A DNA stretch of 64,000 bases from the human T2T-CHM13v2.0 reference genome, Homo sapiens. Position 1 is the stretch's first letter. Each line of letters begins with the position of its first letter. The notes beneath the pieces were generated by a model. It saw nothing but the letters and a program-made list of their open reading frames with translations, was not told the DNA's origin and searched no databases. The stretch lies in the NCBI GenBank assembly GCA_009914755.4, contig CP068257.2, positions 32,384,001-32,448,000 of the forward strand, in the 5' to 3' direction. This document shows, piece after piece, positions 1-17,584 of the stretch. Both the position numbers and the translations under genes were made by a program.

Positions 1-10
1 TTAAAGTAAT

Positions 11-303
11 TTTTTTTTTTGGAGACTAGGTCTTACTCTGTGGCCTAGGCTGAAGTGCAGTGGCGTGATCCTGGCTCACTGCAACCTCAACCTCCTGAGC
101 TGAAGTGATCCTCCCACCTAAGCCTCCTAGGTAGCTGGGACCACAGGTGTGTGCAACCGAACCCGGCTAAGTTTATTTTTTGTGTGTATTTTTTTGGAGA
201 GATGGAGTTTCGCCATGTTGCCCAGGCTGGTCTTGAATTTCTGGGCTCAAGCGATCCTCCCACCTCGGCCTCCCAGAATGTTGGGATTACAGCAGGCCTA
301 GCC
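11..303 (-). mobile_element. Alu SINE (older, AluJ/S-like), antisense; poly-T at 11-20
   Basis: Reverse complement of the Alu consensus is visible: 'gagactaggtcttactctgtggcctaggctgaagtgcagtggcgtgatcctggctcactgcaacctc...gggattacagcaggc', with both monomers present. Confidence 0.9.
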
Positions 304-1278
304 TAATTTTGTTAATTTTTAAATGTGGCTACCAGAGAACTTTAAATGAACTATGTGGCTCACATTATGTATTGACTGAACAATGCATCTGTAGAGGCTG
401 TCTTTGGAAGTTTACTATATAACCAAGACCCACGAACACTCATGCAGTTCCCAGGGGTATCATGGACTGCTTAAAGTCCCATCTGTGAAACCCTAACATG
501 ATGATTTTAAAGGTTACTTTTCATTTACATTCAAAATGTACATAAAGAATGTCCCTGTGAGATTAGATCACTTAAGGGAGAACCATGTCTGTGTTTCACT
601 ACGCAGAAAATGGTTTCATCGTCTTTGTCCTGAAAGCCACTGCCTGGAAGGGCTGTGCAGCGCTCAGAGTGGGAGAGGCAGACCTCTGAGACAAATGACT
701 TCAGCATCACTACAGCTGTGGCTAGAATGAGAACAGCCTCAAATTTCACTAATGAAGAGATTTTCTGAGTTCCATGTGAGCAACGCCGCTTCCTTCCCAT
801 CCCCGAGTGATTCCCCTTGTCAAAGAAAAAAGACACAACCAAAAGGGAGAGCTGCCATCCTTTCAGGTCCCTTCTTGTTCTTCGTCTCACTGAATTCACC
901 CCTAAATGCTTTGAAGTATTCTCCATGACTGTTTCATCAACTGAGGAAAGGAGGCCCAGAATGGCTTAGAAACTTGCTAACTGGTTTAGAAGAAGAACTG
1001 AGATTCAAATGCTTTGCAGTGTAGGTCTGCTTCTGCCACAAAATGGCAGCCAGGGGAGGAAGGAGAAAGTGAGGAAAGGGGGAAAATTAACACTCGGGCT
1101 TTGTCAGATCTCAGGAGAGGCGGACGCTGGCTAAGCCCCATCGCCTTATCTTTATTTTGTGAGAAGCAAACTGTGGGGTTTGGTTGCAAGAGAAGATCTT
1201 ACTAGGGACCAGTTGCAGGGTGTATTAATCAGGGGTTTCCAGAGAAACAGAACTAATAGGATCTATCTGCCTGTCATC

Positions 1279-1560
1279 TCTCTCTCTCTCTCCTATCTAT
1301 CTATCTATCATCTATCTATCTATCTATCTATCTATCATATAATCTATCATCTATCTATCTATTCATCATCTATTTATCAACTATCATCTCTCATCTATCA
1401 ACTATTTGTTTGCCATCTATTATCTATCTATCATCTATTTATCTATTAATCATCTATTTATTAACTATCAATCTATCATCTGTCATCCGTCAACTATTTA
1501 TCTGTCTATCCATTCTCTATCTATCTGTCTCTCTGTCTGTCAATCAGTCAGTCAATCCAT
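1279..1560. repeat. Degenerate compound (CT)n-(TCTA/TATC)n microsatellite
   Basis: Visible runs of 'tctatctatctatc' interrupted by 'tcat', 'ttta' and 'tctg' variants over about 280 bp. Confidence 0.95.
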
Positions 1561-3149
1561 CGCCAGAATTGGCTCACATGATTATGGAGGCTGAGAAGTC
1601 CCACAATCTGATCTACCATCTGAAAGCTGGAGACCCAGGAAAGCTGGTGGTGTAATTCAGTCCTGGGAATGGAGGTGGTGGGAGGATACTGGCGTCAGTT
1701 CCAGACTCTAAAGGCTCGAGAACCAGGAGCTCCAAAGTTCAAGGGCAGGAAAAAATGAATGTCCCAGTTGAAGATGAGAAAACAAATTCACCCTTCCTCT
1801 GCCATTGTGTTCTATTCAGGCCCTCAATGGATGGGATGAGGCCTACACACACTGCTGAGGGCTCTCTTCTTTGCTCAGCCGACCAATTCAAACGCTCATC
1901 TTTTCCAGAAACACCCTCATAGACACACCCAGGAATAATCTTTTACCAGCTATCTGGGCATCCCTTAGCCCAGTCAAGTTGACACATTAAAATTAACCAT
2001 CCTACAGGGATTTCCTACCGTTTTGGGGAAGCCATCTTTTCATGGCTTCCTTCCAGAGGAAAATTCCTGCTATATGCTTGACAGAAAGAACAAAACCCCA
2101 AACATACAAAAAGACCAGTCTGTGGAATGTAGACAATTTGGGTCAGATGTGGTTCCCTGCCTAGAGGAGCCAGTGAGATGAGCCATTTCCATCCACCAAA
2201 GATGGGCTTGAAATGTGGTCTACCTTTCAACATGGTGCCACTGAGGGCTTCTGAGCTGGCTGTGATCATCTGACAAAACGCTGTGTTGGCCAACTCATAG
2301 AAGAGTTTGCTAGCTGGCCTGGCCCCAAGCAGAAGCAGCAGGTCACTGCCCAAATTCTCCAAGTGGGATGACCAGCGGCTATATAAAGGGCAAACAAACA
2401 AGAAAGCCTTTCTTTCTGAGAATGTTTCCACTGCAGTTAGGTTAGAAAATGATCCAGGGAAGATATAAACTAGCCCTTTCATTTAGCAAAATAAAATGCC
2501 TATCCGCTTGGTAATCTGTGCAGTGGAAGTCAGAGCCAGAGTCTTGTTTTTAAAGATTTTGTTTAATTCACCACCCCCATACCTCCCCTCCCACTGCCTA
2601 GCATCAGGCTGGACAAGAAGAAAAGGGACACTGGCCTGCAGATGCTGCCACGTGACATGTCCTTATAGAATAGCTTCTGTGACATTTGTATTAAGTAACC
2701 ACAGGAAAAAAGGTGAGGTGTTGATGACAGAAGGCATCTGTATTTTCTGGGGTTGGGTTCCAGTTTTAATGAATATGGATAATGCACAAAACATCTCATT
2801 TTTCGGAGCTGTGTTTTTTCATTAAACACTGCCACTCTGCATGGGAAAGGAACTGGACATTCCTGACACATTATTTGGCAGGTCTCAATCGCAAGTGCTC
2901 CAATATTGGCTTTCGGAAACCCATTCCAGATTTGGCCCAGATTGTCAAATCTTGTCCAGAGCACCAAGTCAAAAGGTGCCTCTAAGCCCTGGGCAGAGTG
3001 CCAGGCTCTGAAAAACACTGGCTGGATCTCCTCAGGGACCCTGGCTGAGACAGGCGAGTGATTTGTTCTTCAAATGACCTTTCCCTCCTTGGAAAAGAGC
3101 ACCCGGAATAAAAGTGCAAGATGTGCTTCAGATGTCCCCCAAGAGTTTA

Positions 3150-3598
<449 letters not shown>

Positions 3599-3962
3599 AA
3601 ACATTTTTTCCCTGTGGTAGGATGTCTGCCCTCAAGCAGTGAACCCAACTACTGTAGAACTGGTGGCACCTGTCCAATTAAAAATGACATTTGCTTTAAG
3701 GTAAAAATATATTATATATTAGGGTTGGGGCTCTGTCTTCTCCTGAGTAGTGTGTCATCCAGCATTTTTCAAAGCATGGTCTGGAGACCCTCCTACATCA
3801 GAATCAGGGGACGTGTTTCAATTACAAATTTCTGACCAAACCACCTACCAAATACGTGGGAACTAGAGCTAAGAATTTTCACTGTACCAAGCTCCAGGAA
3901 ATCCTGATATACCCCAAAGTTTGTGAGCCATTGGATGTAAAAAACCACATACATATATATAA

Positions 3963-4353
<391 letters not shown>

Positions 4354-5574
4354 TAATTGTGTGTCTGTGGTAGTGAAACTTTGAACCACAAAAGACAGGG
4401 ACTACTTTAAGCCTTCGCTTTTGCAGATTGATACGTGTATCTCGTCCTTTTGCAGTTACTTGTCATTATCTGCCCAAGAATAGTATTTCTAAGAAGTTGT
4501 TTCTGTGTATCTTCTGGGGAAGAATTTGTCCTTCAGTTACATGTGATTGCAACATGTTGATAAAAGCAAAAGAAAAGCAATAAAATCATTTGGTTGAATA
4601 TCTCATTTCTTTGAAGCCAAACAGTTTTTGAGTGATAAGAAAGCAATTCAGTGGAACTTACTGTTCAGCATCTTACAGAACAGGATTCATATGTACTTGT
4701 GTATTCACATGCGAATTCATGCACACATTATCACCTAAGAGAGTCTGAGTGTCCTGGTCCTCAAAGTATGTGGTTTTCAGAATTTACACTGTATACAAAT
4801 CTAGAACGACATTTGCTGCCTAAAGGACAATGACGTTAGATCTACACAGCAAGAGTTGAATAGAGCTTTGTTCATCTTCTCACAAATTTGGGTGGATCTA
4901 AATTGCTTATTTTAGGACAATTTAAACTTCCTAGTTTAAAACTTTATGGTTATCTGGTTAACTTAGGTGAAGTCTATTACATTAGACAGCAATGAAAGCA
5001 AATGAGCCACCCGCCAAGTAACAAATGGACCTTTAACCAAATATTCCTAAATATTCCAAATATTCCTAAATCACTACAAAACGCTTCTCTAAAATCCCCA
5101 AAACTGTTCCATCCAGGGACAATATAAAGTCAACAGGACCCTATGAAGATGCCAGTGCTAAACCAAAGTCAGAACATGTTTCTTCTTATGAACAATGGAA
5201 TCTTTTATCCATAACGGGGTCTCTTTTTAGTTTGCCTGGTAAATCTAGAAATACCAGGGTGACCCCCACTGAGACATCATAGTACCCAAAGGAAAATGTT
5301 GCTTCCTTCATTCTGTGACCATAGAGAGTTTAAAAGTGTGTAGCCAAAACTTTTGTTAGTTTTAGAGGAGATGCATCTAATGATTTTGCTGTGGTTGTTA
5401 GGCCAGAAGTTCATTTAGAGTTCATCTATGCCTCTAGATCATTCTCCCAGGTCCTCTTACAACTTCCTGGCTCAATCATAGTGGTAAGGTCCACCTTGTT
5501 CAACTCCCATGTTCCTAAGCAACATTAACTACTATGACGTGAAATCAGGAAGACAATTGCAAAGTGCTTTCAAA

Positions 5575-5610
5575 ATGTGTGTGTGTGTGTGTGTGTTTGT
5601 GTGTGTGTGT
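5575..5610. repeat. (GT)n microsatellite
   Basis: 'gtgtgtgtgtgtgtgtgtttgtgtgtgtgtgt'. Confidence 0.95.
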
Positions 5611-5649
5611 AGGAGAATGAAAAAAAATCAGGTCTTAAGACATTGCAGA

Positions 5650-5954
5650 GGCCAGGCACGGTGGCTCACACCTGTAATCCCAGCACTTTGGGAGGCCGAG
5701 ATGGGCAGATCACCTGAGGTCAGGAGTTCAAGACCAGCCTGGCCAACATGGTGAAACCCCATCTCTAGAAAAATACAAAAATTAGCCAGGCGTGATGATG
5801 GGTACCTGTAATCCCAACCTGCTTGGGAAGCTGAGGTGGGAGAATCGCTTGAACCCGGGCGGTGGAGGTTGCAGTGAGCCAAGATTGTGACATTGCACTC
5901 CAGCCTGGGAGACAGAGCAAGACTCCGTCTCAAAAAAAAAAAAAAAAAAAAAAA
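5650..5954 (+). mobile_element. Alu SINE, sense, with 25+ nt poly-A tail
   Basis: 'ggccaggcacggtggctcacacctgtaatcccagcactttgggaggccgag...' ending in a long poly-A at 5929-5954. Confidence 0.93.
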
Positions 5955-6078
5955 GACAGCAGAGTTTAACAAGGAAATTGAAATCTACTCTAAGTATTTT
6001 AAAAGAGGGTATTAGAAAACACTCTGCTATGTCTCAGGTGAAACAGAGAGTATTTAATTTAATTTAATGTATTTACTT

Positions 6079-6358
6079 AGAGATAGGGTCTTGTTCTGTC
6101 CTCCAGGTTGGAATGCAGTGGCATAATCACAGCTCACTGCAGCCTTAAAGTCTTGGGTTCAGGTGCTCCTCCTGCCTCAGCATCCTGAGTAGCTGGGATT
6201 ACAGGCAGGCACCACCACACATGGCTAATTTTTATTTTATTTTTTAAGGAGGATATCGCTATGTTGCCCAGCCTGGTCTTGAACTCCTGGGCTCAAGTGA
6301 TCCTTCCATCTCGGCCTCCCAAAGTGTTGAGGTTGCAGGCATGAACCACCGCTTTGGC
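6079..6358 (-). mobile_element. Alu SINE, antisense, diverged (AluJ-like)
   Basis: 'gagatagggtcttgttctgtcctccaggttggaatgcagtggcataatcacagctcactgcagcc...gttgaggttgcaggcatgaaccaccgctttggcc'. CpG-poor with many substitutions. Confidence 0.85.
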
Positions 6359-7563
6359 CAACAGACGGTATTTATGTAACTGCCCAAGGGGTTCTCCTTG
6401 CCAGCTGCCTAGACAGAGCCTATTTATCAAGACAGGGGAATTGCAATAGAGAAAGAGTGATTCACGCAGAGTCAGCTATGCGGGAGACCAGAGTTTTATT
6501 ATTACTCAAATCAGTCTCTCCAAGCATTCGTGGAGCAGAGCTTTTAAGGACATCTTGGTGAGTGGGGGCGTGGGAGGCTAGTGAACCAGGAGTGCTGATT
6601 GGTCACAGATGAAATCATAGGGAGTCAAAGCTATCTTTTTGCACTGAGTCAGTAACCTGGGCAGGGGCCACAGGATCAGATGAGCCAGTTTATCAGTCTG
6701 GATGGTGCCGGCTGATCCATCAAGTGCAGAGTCTGCAAAATATCTGAAGCACTGATTTTAGGAGCGGTTTAGGGAGGGTCAGAATCTTGTAACCTCCAGC
6801 TGCATGACTCCTAAATAATTTTTTCTAATCTTGTGGCTAATGTTAGTCCTACAAAGGCAGTCTAGTCCCCAGGCAAGGAGGAGGTCTGCTTTGAGAAAGG
6901 GCTGTTATCATCTTTGTTTTAAACTATAAACTATAAACTGAGTTTCTCCCAAAGTTCATTCAGCCTACACCCAGGAATGAACAAGGACAGCTTGAAGGTT
7001 AGAAGCAAGATGGAGTTGATTGAGTTAGATCTCTTTCACTGTCTCAGTCATAATTTTGCAAAGGCGGTTTCATTTGCTACAAAGAATTGGTTCAGTGGGT
7101 GATAAAAGTTCTGAGAGGCCAAACAAAGGGCAGTGGAGGAACCCAGAAGTTGGTAACAGCAGGAAGCCACTATGTTTCTAGGCTTGCGAGTCAAAAGGAG
7201 GGGAGGTTGCCAGAGCCAGGAGCTGGGTTACTCAGCACCCACGGTGGGCATGTCTGGGAAGAACTGGAGTCACATGGGATCTGCAGGAGTGGCTGAGATA
7301 CCTGGTGAGGTAGAGAGAGAAGGGGAGAGATCCTCTGGCTTCTCCTTTCTTCCCACTCTTAATCTCCTGACAATGCCCCGCTTAGCCAAACTCACCTGGA
7401 AGCCAGGAAAACACCATCTGCATGGGTCAGCCCCACTGACCAGCACAGGGGAAGAAGCACTGGATCTGACTGGCTCAGTGGTCCATAAGGAATACGGCAG
7501 GACCGACTCCTGGCTGACAAAGGTGGGAGTCATTGAACTAGTGGAATTCTGGCCATCACCTCA

Positions 7564-7838
<275 letters not shown>

Positions 7839-8961
7839 TTGAAAGTTAAGAAAACCACAGATAAGTCACGGGCAGACCTTTATCAGAAACCACCGTGCTT
7901 GACTACCTGGGGCAGTGCTGTGGTTCTGCTGGGGGTTAGAAATGCAACTGGAAGGCCTTTGACGGCCACTAAGAGGGCCACACCTTTCGTTAATTCTCCT
8001 CTAGGATGTTCTTGGGAAACTGAGTTGAAGACTCTTCATGAACTCATATTGGTTCTTCTCAAGGAAGAGCCTCTGCCTATGGAGAGTTGTACTAACTTAT
8101 ACTCTTTAGAGGATATAATGACCTAATATAGGCAAGAAAATATAGTACTTATTATTAGAATAACAATCCATCTATAAAATGCATCTGTTATGGAAACACA
8201 GCTCATGGTGAGAACCGTAAATAGCTTTGTTTTCCATTTTCTATACTGCCTCCCCAACCAATACAGACAGTAATCAATCTGGAATGTCACTTACTTAATG
8301 GTATGATCTGGCCTTTAAAAAAAATAAAAATATAAAAATATAAAATAAAAAATAAAAATTTAATTTCAAAGCAATTTTCGATTTACAGAAGAATTGCAAG
8401 CATAGTAGAGAGAGTTCCCATAGGCCTCACATCCACTGTTTCCTGTTATTAACATCTTATGTAAGTAGAGTCCATTTGTCACAATTAATGAGCCAGGTAC
8501 ATTATCATTAACTAAATTCCACACTTGATTCGTATTTTCTTCAGGTTTTCCTAATGTCGTTTATGTACTGTTTTCTGTTTTAGGATCCCACTGGGGACAC
8601 CACATTACCTTTAATCATGCCTCTTTAGGCTCCTTTTGGTTGTGACAGTTTCTCAGACTTTCTTGGTCTTTGGTGACCTTGACAGTTCCAAGGAACACTG
8701 TCACCTATTTGTTAGAATGCAGAGATGAGATTTGTTTGATGTTTTTCTGTTGATTAGACTGGGGTTATGGAGTTATGGGAAGACCAGAGAGGTGAAGTGT
8801 CATTTTCAGTAAATCATGTCAAGGAATGGGGATTAGAAATGCAACTGGAAGGCCTTTGACAGCCACTAAGAAGGCCACACCACATAACACCTACACGATT
8901 CATCACTGTTGATGTTGACCTTGATGACCTGGCTGAGGTAGTGCCCGTCAGACTTATCTAG

Positions 8962-9617
<656 letters not shown>

Positions 9618-10077
9618 TGGAAGGAAGTCATTTTGAGTGATGCTCTACTTTTTTGAGGAGCAAATATCTACATGATTTATTTGGAATTCCTCTGCACTAG
9701 AGATTGGTCTATTCTTCCCGATTTATTATTTAAATATTTGGTCATTTATTTATATTAGTATTGGACTCATGAATACTTATTTTCTATTTGGGGTTATCAT
9801 TCAATAGTACTTTATTTATTTGTTTTTGCTCAAATGGTTCCTGCTTTGGTCAGTAGGAGTTCTTTCAGTTGGCTCCTTTGTTCATTTGACACACTCCCCA
9901 TCATTGTGGTTTTTTGGTATGCTTAGTTGTTTAGCATGTCATTACTTTGGCACTACAAAATGCCCCAGTCTTAGAATCAGCCATTTCTCCAGGGAGCCCT
10001 GGATAAGCCATTGCTAAAGAATCATTTTAGAAACCAAGATCTAGGTGCTAAATGTGTCCAACCTGGCCCCCCCCCGC

Positions 10078-10372
10078 TTTTTTTTTTTTGAGACAAGATT
10101 TCGCTCTGTTGCCCAAGCTGGAGTGTGGTGGTGCTATCTCGCCTCACCACAACCTCCGCCTCCTGGGCTCAAGCCATTCTTCCACTTCAGCCTCCTGAGT
10201 AGCTGGGACCACAAGTGTGTACCACTACACCTGGCTAATTTTTGTATTTTTTTTGTAGAGACAGGGTTTCTCCATGTTGCCCAGGCTGGTCTTGAACTCC
10301 TGAGCTTAAGCCATCCTCCCATCTCAGCTTCCTGAAGTTCTGGTATTACAGGTGTGAGCCACCATGCGTGGC
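10078..10372 (-). mobile_element. Alu SINE, antisense
   Basis: Poly-T then 'gagacaagatttcgctctgttgcccaagctggagtgtggtggtgctatctcgcctcaccacaacctccgcctcctgggctcaagc...ggtgtgagccaccatgcgtggc'. Confidence 0.9.
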
Positions 10373-10634
10373 GGCAGCCTGGCCACTTTTAATCTATCCA
10401 TTCATTTACTAAATATACACATTTTCTGAGTCCCGATTTTGGGCAAGACTCTGGGGCAGGCAAGAAAAATGAGGTGCAACTAACTCTATTACTCCATGGT
10501 CCAAGAAGAGGGCTGCCTGCAAGCTATGAATAGAGCTTACAGAGTGTTTAAAGGTGGAAAGAGACTTTGCTCCTGATTCTAGACTTTATCTCCTATCCTC
10601 AAGGTCCATGTCTTGGTAGCTCTGCTCAGATCTA

Positions 10635-10760
10635 CCCTTCCAGAGTCTGTAATATAAGGCTGACCCGAGTTTGAATCCTAGCTCTGCCACTTAGTAGCCA
10701 TGTGATGGAACAAGTGTCTTAACTGCACTGAACCTCAGTTTCCTCATCCTTAAATGGGGG
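10635..10760 (+). mobile_element. MIR SINE fragment (core plus 3' region)
   Basis: 'gagtttgaatcctagctctgccacttagtagccatgtgat...aactgcactgaacctcagtttcctcatccttaaatgggg' matches the MIR consensus 'ttcaaatcctggctctgccacttactagctgtgtgacc...gagcctcagtttcctcatctgtaaaatgggg'. Confidence 0.6.
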
Positions 10761-11551
10761 GCAGTGATGCTAAAAGGAAGCCCCTCCAGAAGCCCTGGTG
10801 AAGATGAAAGGGAGGACTTGTGGAATGTCCAGCCCAGTGTCTGCAGAGCCAGGCACAGCAAATGCTGGTGAGCAACAAGGTGACAACAGTCAGTGTTCCT
10901 CTTGGGATATAATTAACTTTGGAGTACCAGCTGATTCCTAGGACAGAGTTGGAGAAGAGGATATAATTAACACGGGTGGTAAAGGCAGAGTCAAGGAAGT
11001 AGCTGTGGAGTGAGCTGATGCCTGGGGTCAAAGACAGGTCTGTCCTGCGGATGACATTTCTCTTGAGAAGTAAACCGTCAGCAATCAGGACCTAGGGGTC
11101 ACCTAGCATTTGGTGGCTCAACACAAGCTCTAGTACCAGGAGGTATGGCATCTGCTACAAAAACAAAATGCAGTCGTCACAATTTGTGCTCATCAAAATG
11201 CATTAGCATAGTTTCTGCCATCAAAACCTGCTTGACATTAAGAAGGGGTCCTCTTGCTAGGGTACCCAACCACAGAGCTGCTCCCTCAGAGGGTGAAAAT
11301 ATGCTTAACACAGGGCTTTCTGTTCTGGAAAGAAAACAGGACTTAAACTGAGCTGCTTCAGAGAGGGTTGAGAGCTTCTTTATGGAGCAGGCAAAGCATG
11401 GATGTCATGAACTTTCCTAACACACTAGGTGAGGGGCAGCCCTACAGCCCTGAGATAGAATGGCTTTTCCATTGGTTTTTCCGATACCCGAGGGAGGGCA
11501 TGACTATCCCCATTGGTGTTTTTCCTTCACTTGAGAAGCATCTAGGCCAGT

Positions 11552-11753
11552 GATTCTCAAAGTGTGGTCCCTGGACCAGCAGCAGCAGTGTCACCTGGGA
11601 ACTTGTTAGAAACACAACTTCTTGGGTTCCATCCCAGATCTACTTAATTAGGAACTCTGGGGCTGGGCATCACTCCTCTTTCCTGCCCACTGCAATCTAT
11701 GTTTTAATAAACACTCCAGGTGAGTGACTAGGATGCCAGCTAAAGTTTAAGAA

Positions 11754-11757
<4 letters not shown>
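11552..11757 (+). mobile_element. hAT-Charlie MITE, MER5-like
   Basis: 'ccagtgattctcaaagtgtggtccctggaccagcagcagcagtgtcacctgggaacttgttagaaacacaacttcttgggttccatcccagatctacttaattaggaactctgggg...ccaggtgagtgactaggatgccagctaaagtttaagaactg'. Matches my remembered consensus 'cagtggttctcaaa...cacctgggaacttgttagaaatgcaaattctc...gctaaagtttgagaaccactg'. Confidence 0.6.
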
Positions 11758-12547
<790 letters not shown>

Positions 12548-13033
12548 TTATGATGATGTGGAGTAACTGGAACTATCATTGACTGCTGGCAGGAATGCAA
12601 CATGGCAGTGTCACTTTGGAAGACAGTTTGGCAGTTTCTTACAAAACTAAACATATTCTTGCCATGTGGTCCAGCAATGACACTCATTGGTACTTACCCA
12701 AAGGAGTTGAAAATTTGTGTTCATGTTTATAGTAGCTTTATTTTTCATTGCCAAAATTTAGAAGCAACCAAGATGTCCTTCAATAGGCGAATGAATAAAC
12801 AAACTGTGCTATATCCAGATGGTGGAATATTATTCAGCAATAAAAAAGAGCTATTGAGCCATGAAAAGACGCAGAGGAACTGTCATGCACATTGTTAAGT
12901 GAAAGAAGCCCATCTGAAAAGGCTACATACTATATGACTCCAAATATAAGACATTCTGGAAAAGGCAAAATGATGGAGACAGTAAAAAGATCAGTGGTCA
13001 CCAGTGGTTCAGAAGGAGGGAGGGATGAATAAG

Positions 13034-13758
<725 letters not shown>

Positions 13759-14343
13759 AAAAGGAGGAACACAGAGGATTTTTAGAGGTAGTGAAACTAT
13801 TCTGCAGGATACTGTGATGGTGGATACATGTTATTAGACATTCTCAAACCCCACCGCATGTACAACACAAAGAGGGAACCCTAATGTAGGCTATGGACTT
13901 TAGTTAATAATAATGTATCGATATTGTGTCATCAATGGAAACAGATGTACCACATAAGTGCAAAGTATTAATAATAGGGGAAAATGGTGAGGGCATGTGG
14001 GGATACACAGGCTCTCTCTGTACTTGCTGATCAATTTTTCTGCGAACCCAAAATTACTCTAAAAATGTCTTTTGAAAAAATGGAATTAGGGAAGGTCAGA
14101 ATGCCCTTTGATGAACAATCACTGTTTGGGCATTTGAATTAATATCCTGACGGACAGCAACTAGAGCCCTTTCCCAGGTATACTGTCAGATCTGGTTGTC
14201 CTTGACTTTCCCATGATCTCTTCTTGCTATTAAGCCTTACTACCAACACACTGGGGTCAGCTCCCTGGACACATGAGCATGCTGATTGAAGAGCATCTTG
14301 TTTTATTAGAAGCATAAGTTCTATCATCTGTTCTCCATAGTAA

Positions 14344-15068
<725 letters not shown>

Positions 15069-15829
15069 TGATTTGACTGTTCTGGTGGATGAAGGCCTTG
15101 GATATTTCTCCTTGTAGGGGGAATCAGTTGTTCTGAAGAACTTTGGTGTTTGCCTTAAGATGATGAGTAGAAGCTTCTCTGTGACAACTGCATTTCACAC
15201 TCATGAAAACATTCCAGTAATATTAACCACGTGGCTCTTGTAATCTTAAAAAGTCCCATATTGCTTCAGCAATTTTGTCAAGGGGGTTGCTAGGAAAAAA
15301 AGGGAGGGGTGGCAGAATGTCAATTTTCTTTAGGGTGGCAATAAGCTCAGCTAAGATTGTACATTTCTCAGATTCCTTGTAGTCAGGGGAGACCTTTGGC
15401 AATTCTGGCTAATGAGAAGTAAGCAGATGTTACAGGGTGGGGCTTCCAGGAAAGCTCTTTAAAAGAAGACAGAAAAAAAAAAAAATGTTGGTGTCAGGGG
15501 AATAAATTGGCACGCACCTTTCATCATCTGTTGTCCCATTTCTTCTCCCTGGAATGCTGATGCAATGCTGGAGGCAGAGTCGCCATTTTGTAGTCATGCG
15601 GTGACTGTGAGCACGAAGGCACAAACTAAGCAGGGAAACAAATAGCTAGAAGAAACATCAGTTATAGACACTGTTGTGCAGCTGCCATACCAATCCTGAA
15701 TGGCTTACCACAGCAGCCCTTTACATGAGAAAAGCAAAGCCCCTAATTTGTGTAAGTTAATATTTTGGGAGTTTCTGTTACTTGCAGTCAAACCCAACAT
15801 CTAACTGAATCAGAGGTATTTTCAGTCTA

Positions 15830-16035
15830 CACTAGTGGTTGAGAGTATGGACTTTGAGGTCTGGCAGACCTACTGATATGTTGAGCTATGTGACCTTGGA
15901 CATACTGCCTCACATTTCTCAGATGCTTCATTTGTAAGATGGAATCAACAACAGTACTAACCACTGGGTTGTTTTAAGGATAAGTTGATATATTTTAAGA
16001 GCTAATTAGCTCAGTGCCTGACACATACCAACAAC
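15830..16035 (+). mobile_element. MIR SINE fragment
   Basis: 'gctatgtgaccttggacatactgcctcacatttctcagatgcttcatttgtaagatggaatcaacaacagtactaaccactgggttgttttaaggataag...gctcagtgcctgacacatac' matches the MIR consensus 3' half 'gtgaccttgggcaagtt...cctcatctgtaaaatgggg...gcacagtgcctggcacatag'. Confidence 0.6.
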
Positions 16036-16131
16036 TGACTAGATGTAGATGGTAGAGCGAAACTGAAGTTGCCTTCCAATACAGATAGAGGGTGCGCAGT
16101 TATGTACAAGAAGTTTTAAAACTAGGGCACA

Positions 16132-16437
16132 GGCTGGGTGTGGTGGCTCATGCCTGGTAATCCCAGCACTTTGGGAGGCCGAGGCAGGAGGATCACTTGA
16201 GGTCAGGAGTTTGAGACCAGCCTGGCCAACATGGTGAAACCTTATCTCTACTAAAAATACAAAAATTAGCTGGATGTGGTGGTGGGAACCTCTAAGCCCA
16301 GCTACTCAGGAGGCTAAGGCAGGAGAATCTCTTGAGCCCAGAAGGCAGAGGTTACAGTAAGCCGAGATTGTACCACTGCACTCCAGCCTTGGTGACAGAG
16401 TGAGGTCTTGTCTCAAAAAGCAAAAACAAAACCAAAA
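16132..16437 (+). mobile_element. Alu SINE, sense
   Basis: 'ggctgggtgtggtggctcatgcctggtaatcccagcactttgggaggccgaggcaggaggatcacttgaggtcaggagtttgagaccagcc...' with an A-rich tail 'caaaaagcaaaaacaaaaccaaaa'. Confidence 0.92.
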
Positions 16438-17584
16438 CTAGGGCATGATTTGGCAGCACTGTGTCTTGGACACTGAATATTATACAGCTGCTGGACTTCA
16501 TTGTCATGTGAAAAATCAAGGTCATCTGATGCTAAGTGGATCTGGCCAGGCCTACCCTCAGACTGGTATTCCCTCTCTCTGCCCCTTCTAGGGGTCTATG
16601 GCTACAGATCATTGTAGGAAAACTATCTGACTCAACATATAGCCCTCCTTACTGGCTAAGGAGAATTAGGCAGTTATGCAGAGAGGACAGGCTGTAATGC
16701 ATGTTCCATGGCCATCCCTTGACTCGGTTGCACCCAAAATGGACATCCAACACAAAGAGCCCATTTTGAAGGCTGGCCAGAGGCTGACCAAGGGTCCTAG
16801 TAGGAAAATTTCTTACCTCTGAGATGGCTGTTTCAAATGTTCTCATCTCTCCTTAGAACTCCTTCCCTTTCTCATTCCCATCTGATGATATTGCTTCTCA
16901 TTGATTGTAGTGAGAAAATAGAAGCAATTGGAGGAGAACTGATTTATTCTCTCAGAACTGAATCTCTGCCCCTTGGCCCTGCCTTCCTTCCTGTTCCCAG
17001 GGATGAACTGGACCTGCTCCTTGCAGAGGAGAGCACTTCACCAGGGCACTGGGACCGTGTCCTCTTGCCACTCTGGAAAACCACTTCTCTCTCTCCTGTA
17101 TCATGACATACAACTGTACCTTTCTTCTGGATCATTCTCTATGCAAATGAGCTCTAACCTCTCCATCTTAACAACACAACAACCTTCTCCCTTGAGGCTG
17201 AGCCCCTCCCTGCTCCCTTCTCACTGCTGTGCTTCCCTTTACAGCCACACACCTGGCCTGTCCTCACTGTTCTGAAAGTGCACTCATCAAGGTCACCAGT
17301 GACTCTTTTGTTGCCAAATGCAATGGCCAGTTCTGAGTCCTTGGTTTACCCAAACTTCAGCAGCATTTCACCCAAATGATTACTCCCTTTTTGAAAAACT
17401 GTCTCCACTTGCTGTCTTCAGTGTGAGAAATAGACAATAACCAATATTAATACCTTTATAACATAATGTGAACTCCATTATGGTGAGGGCTTTATTTCAT
17501 TTACAGCTATATTCCTAGCATCCAGAATGGTGCCTGTTACATATAAGGCATGCAGTATATTTGTTGAATGGATGAATCTGGATC

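Noticed and set aside
2015-3018. 155-aa and 151-aa minus-strand ORFs and a 109-aa plus-strand ORF in a repeat-free stretch
   Set aside because: All are short and overlap each other on opposite strands. None has a Kozak-like start or splice-site evidence. They have many Cys/Trp/Phe codons typical of random AT-moderate human DNA. I cannot support them as exons from the sequence alone.
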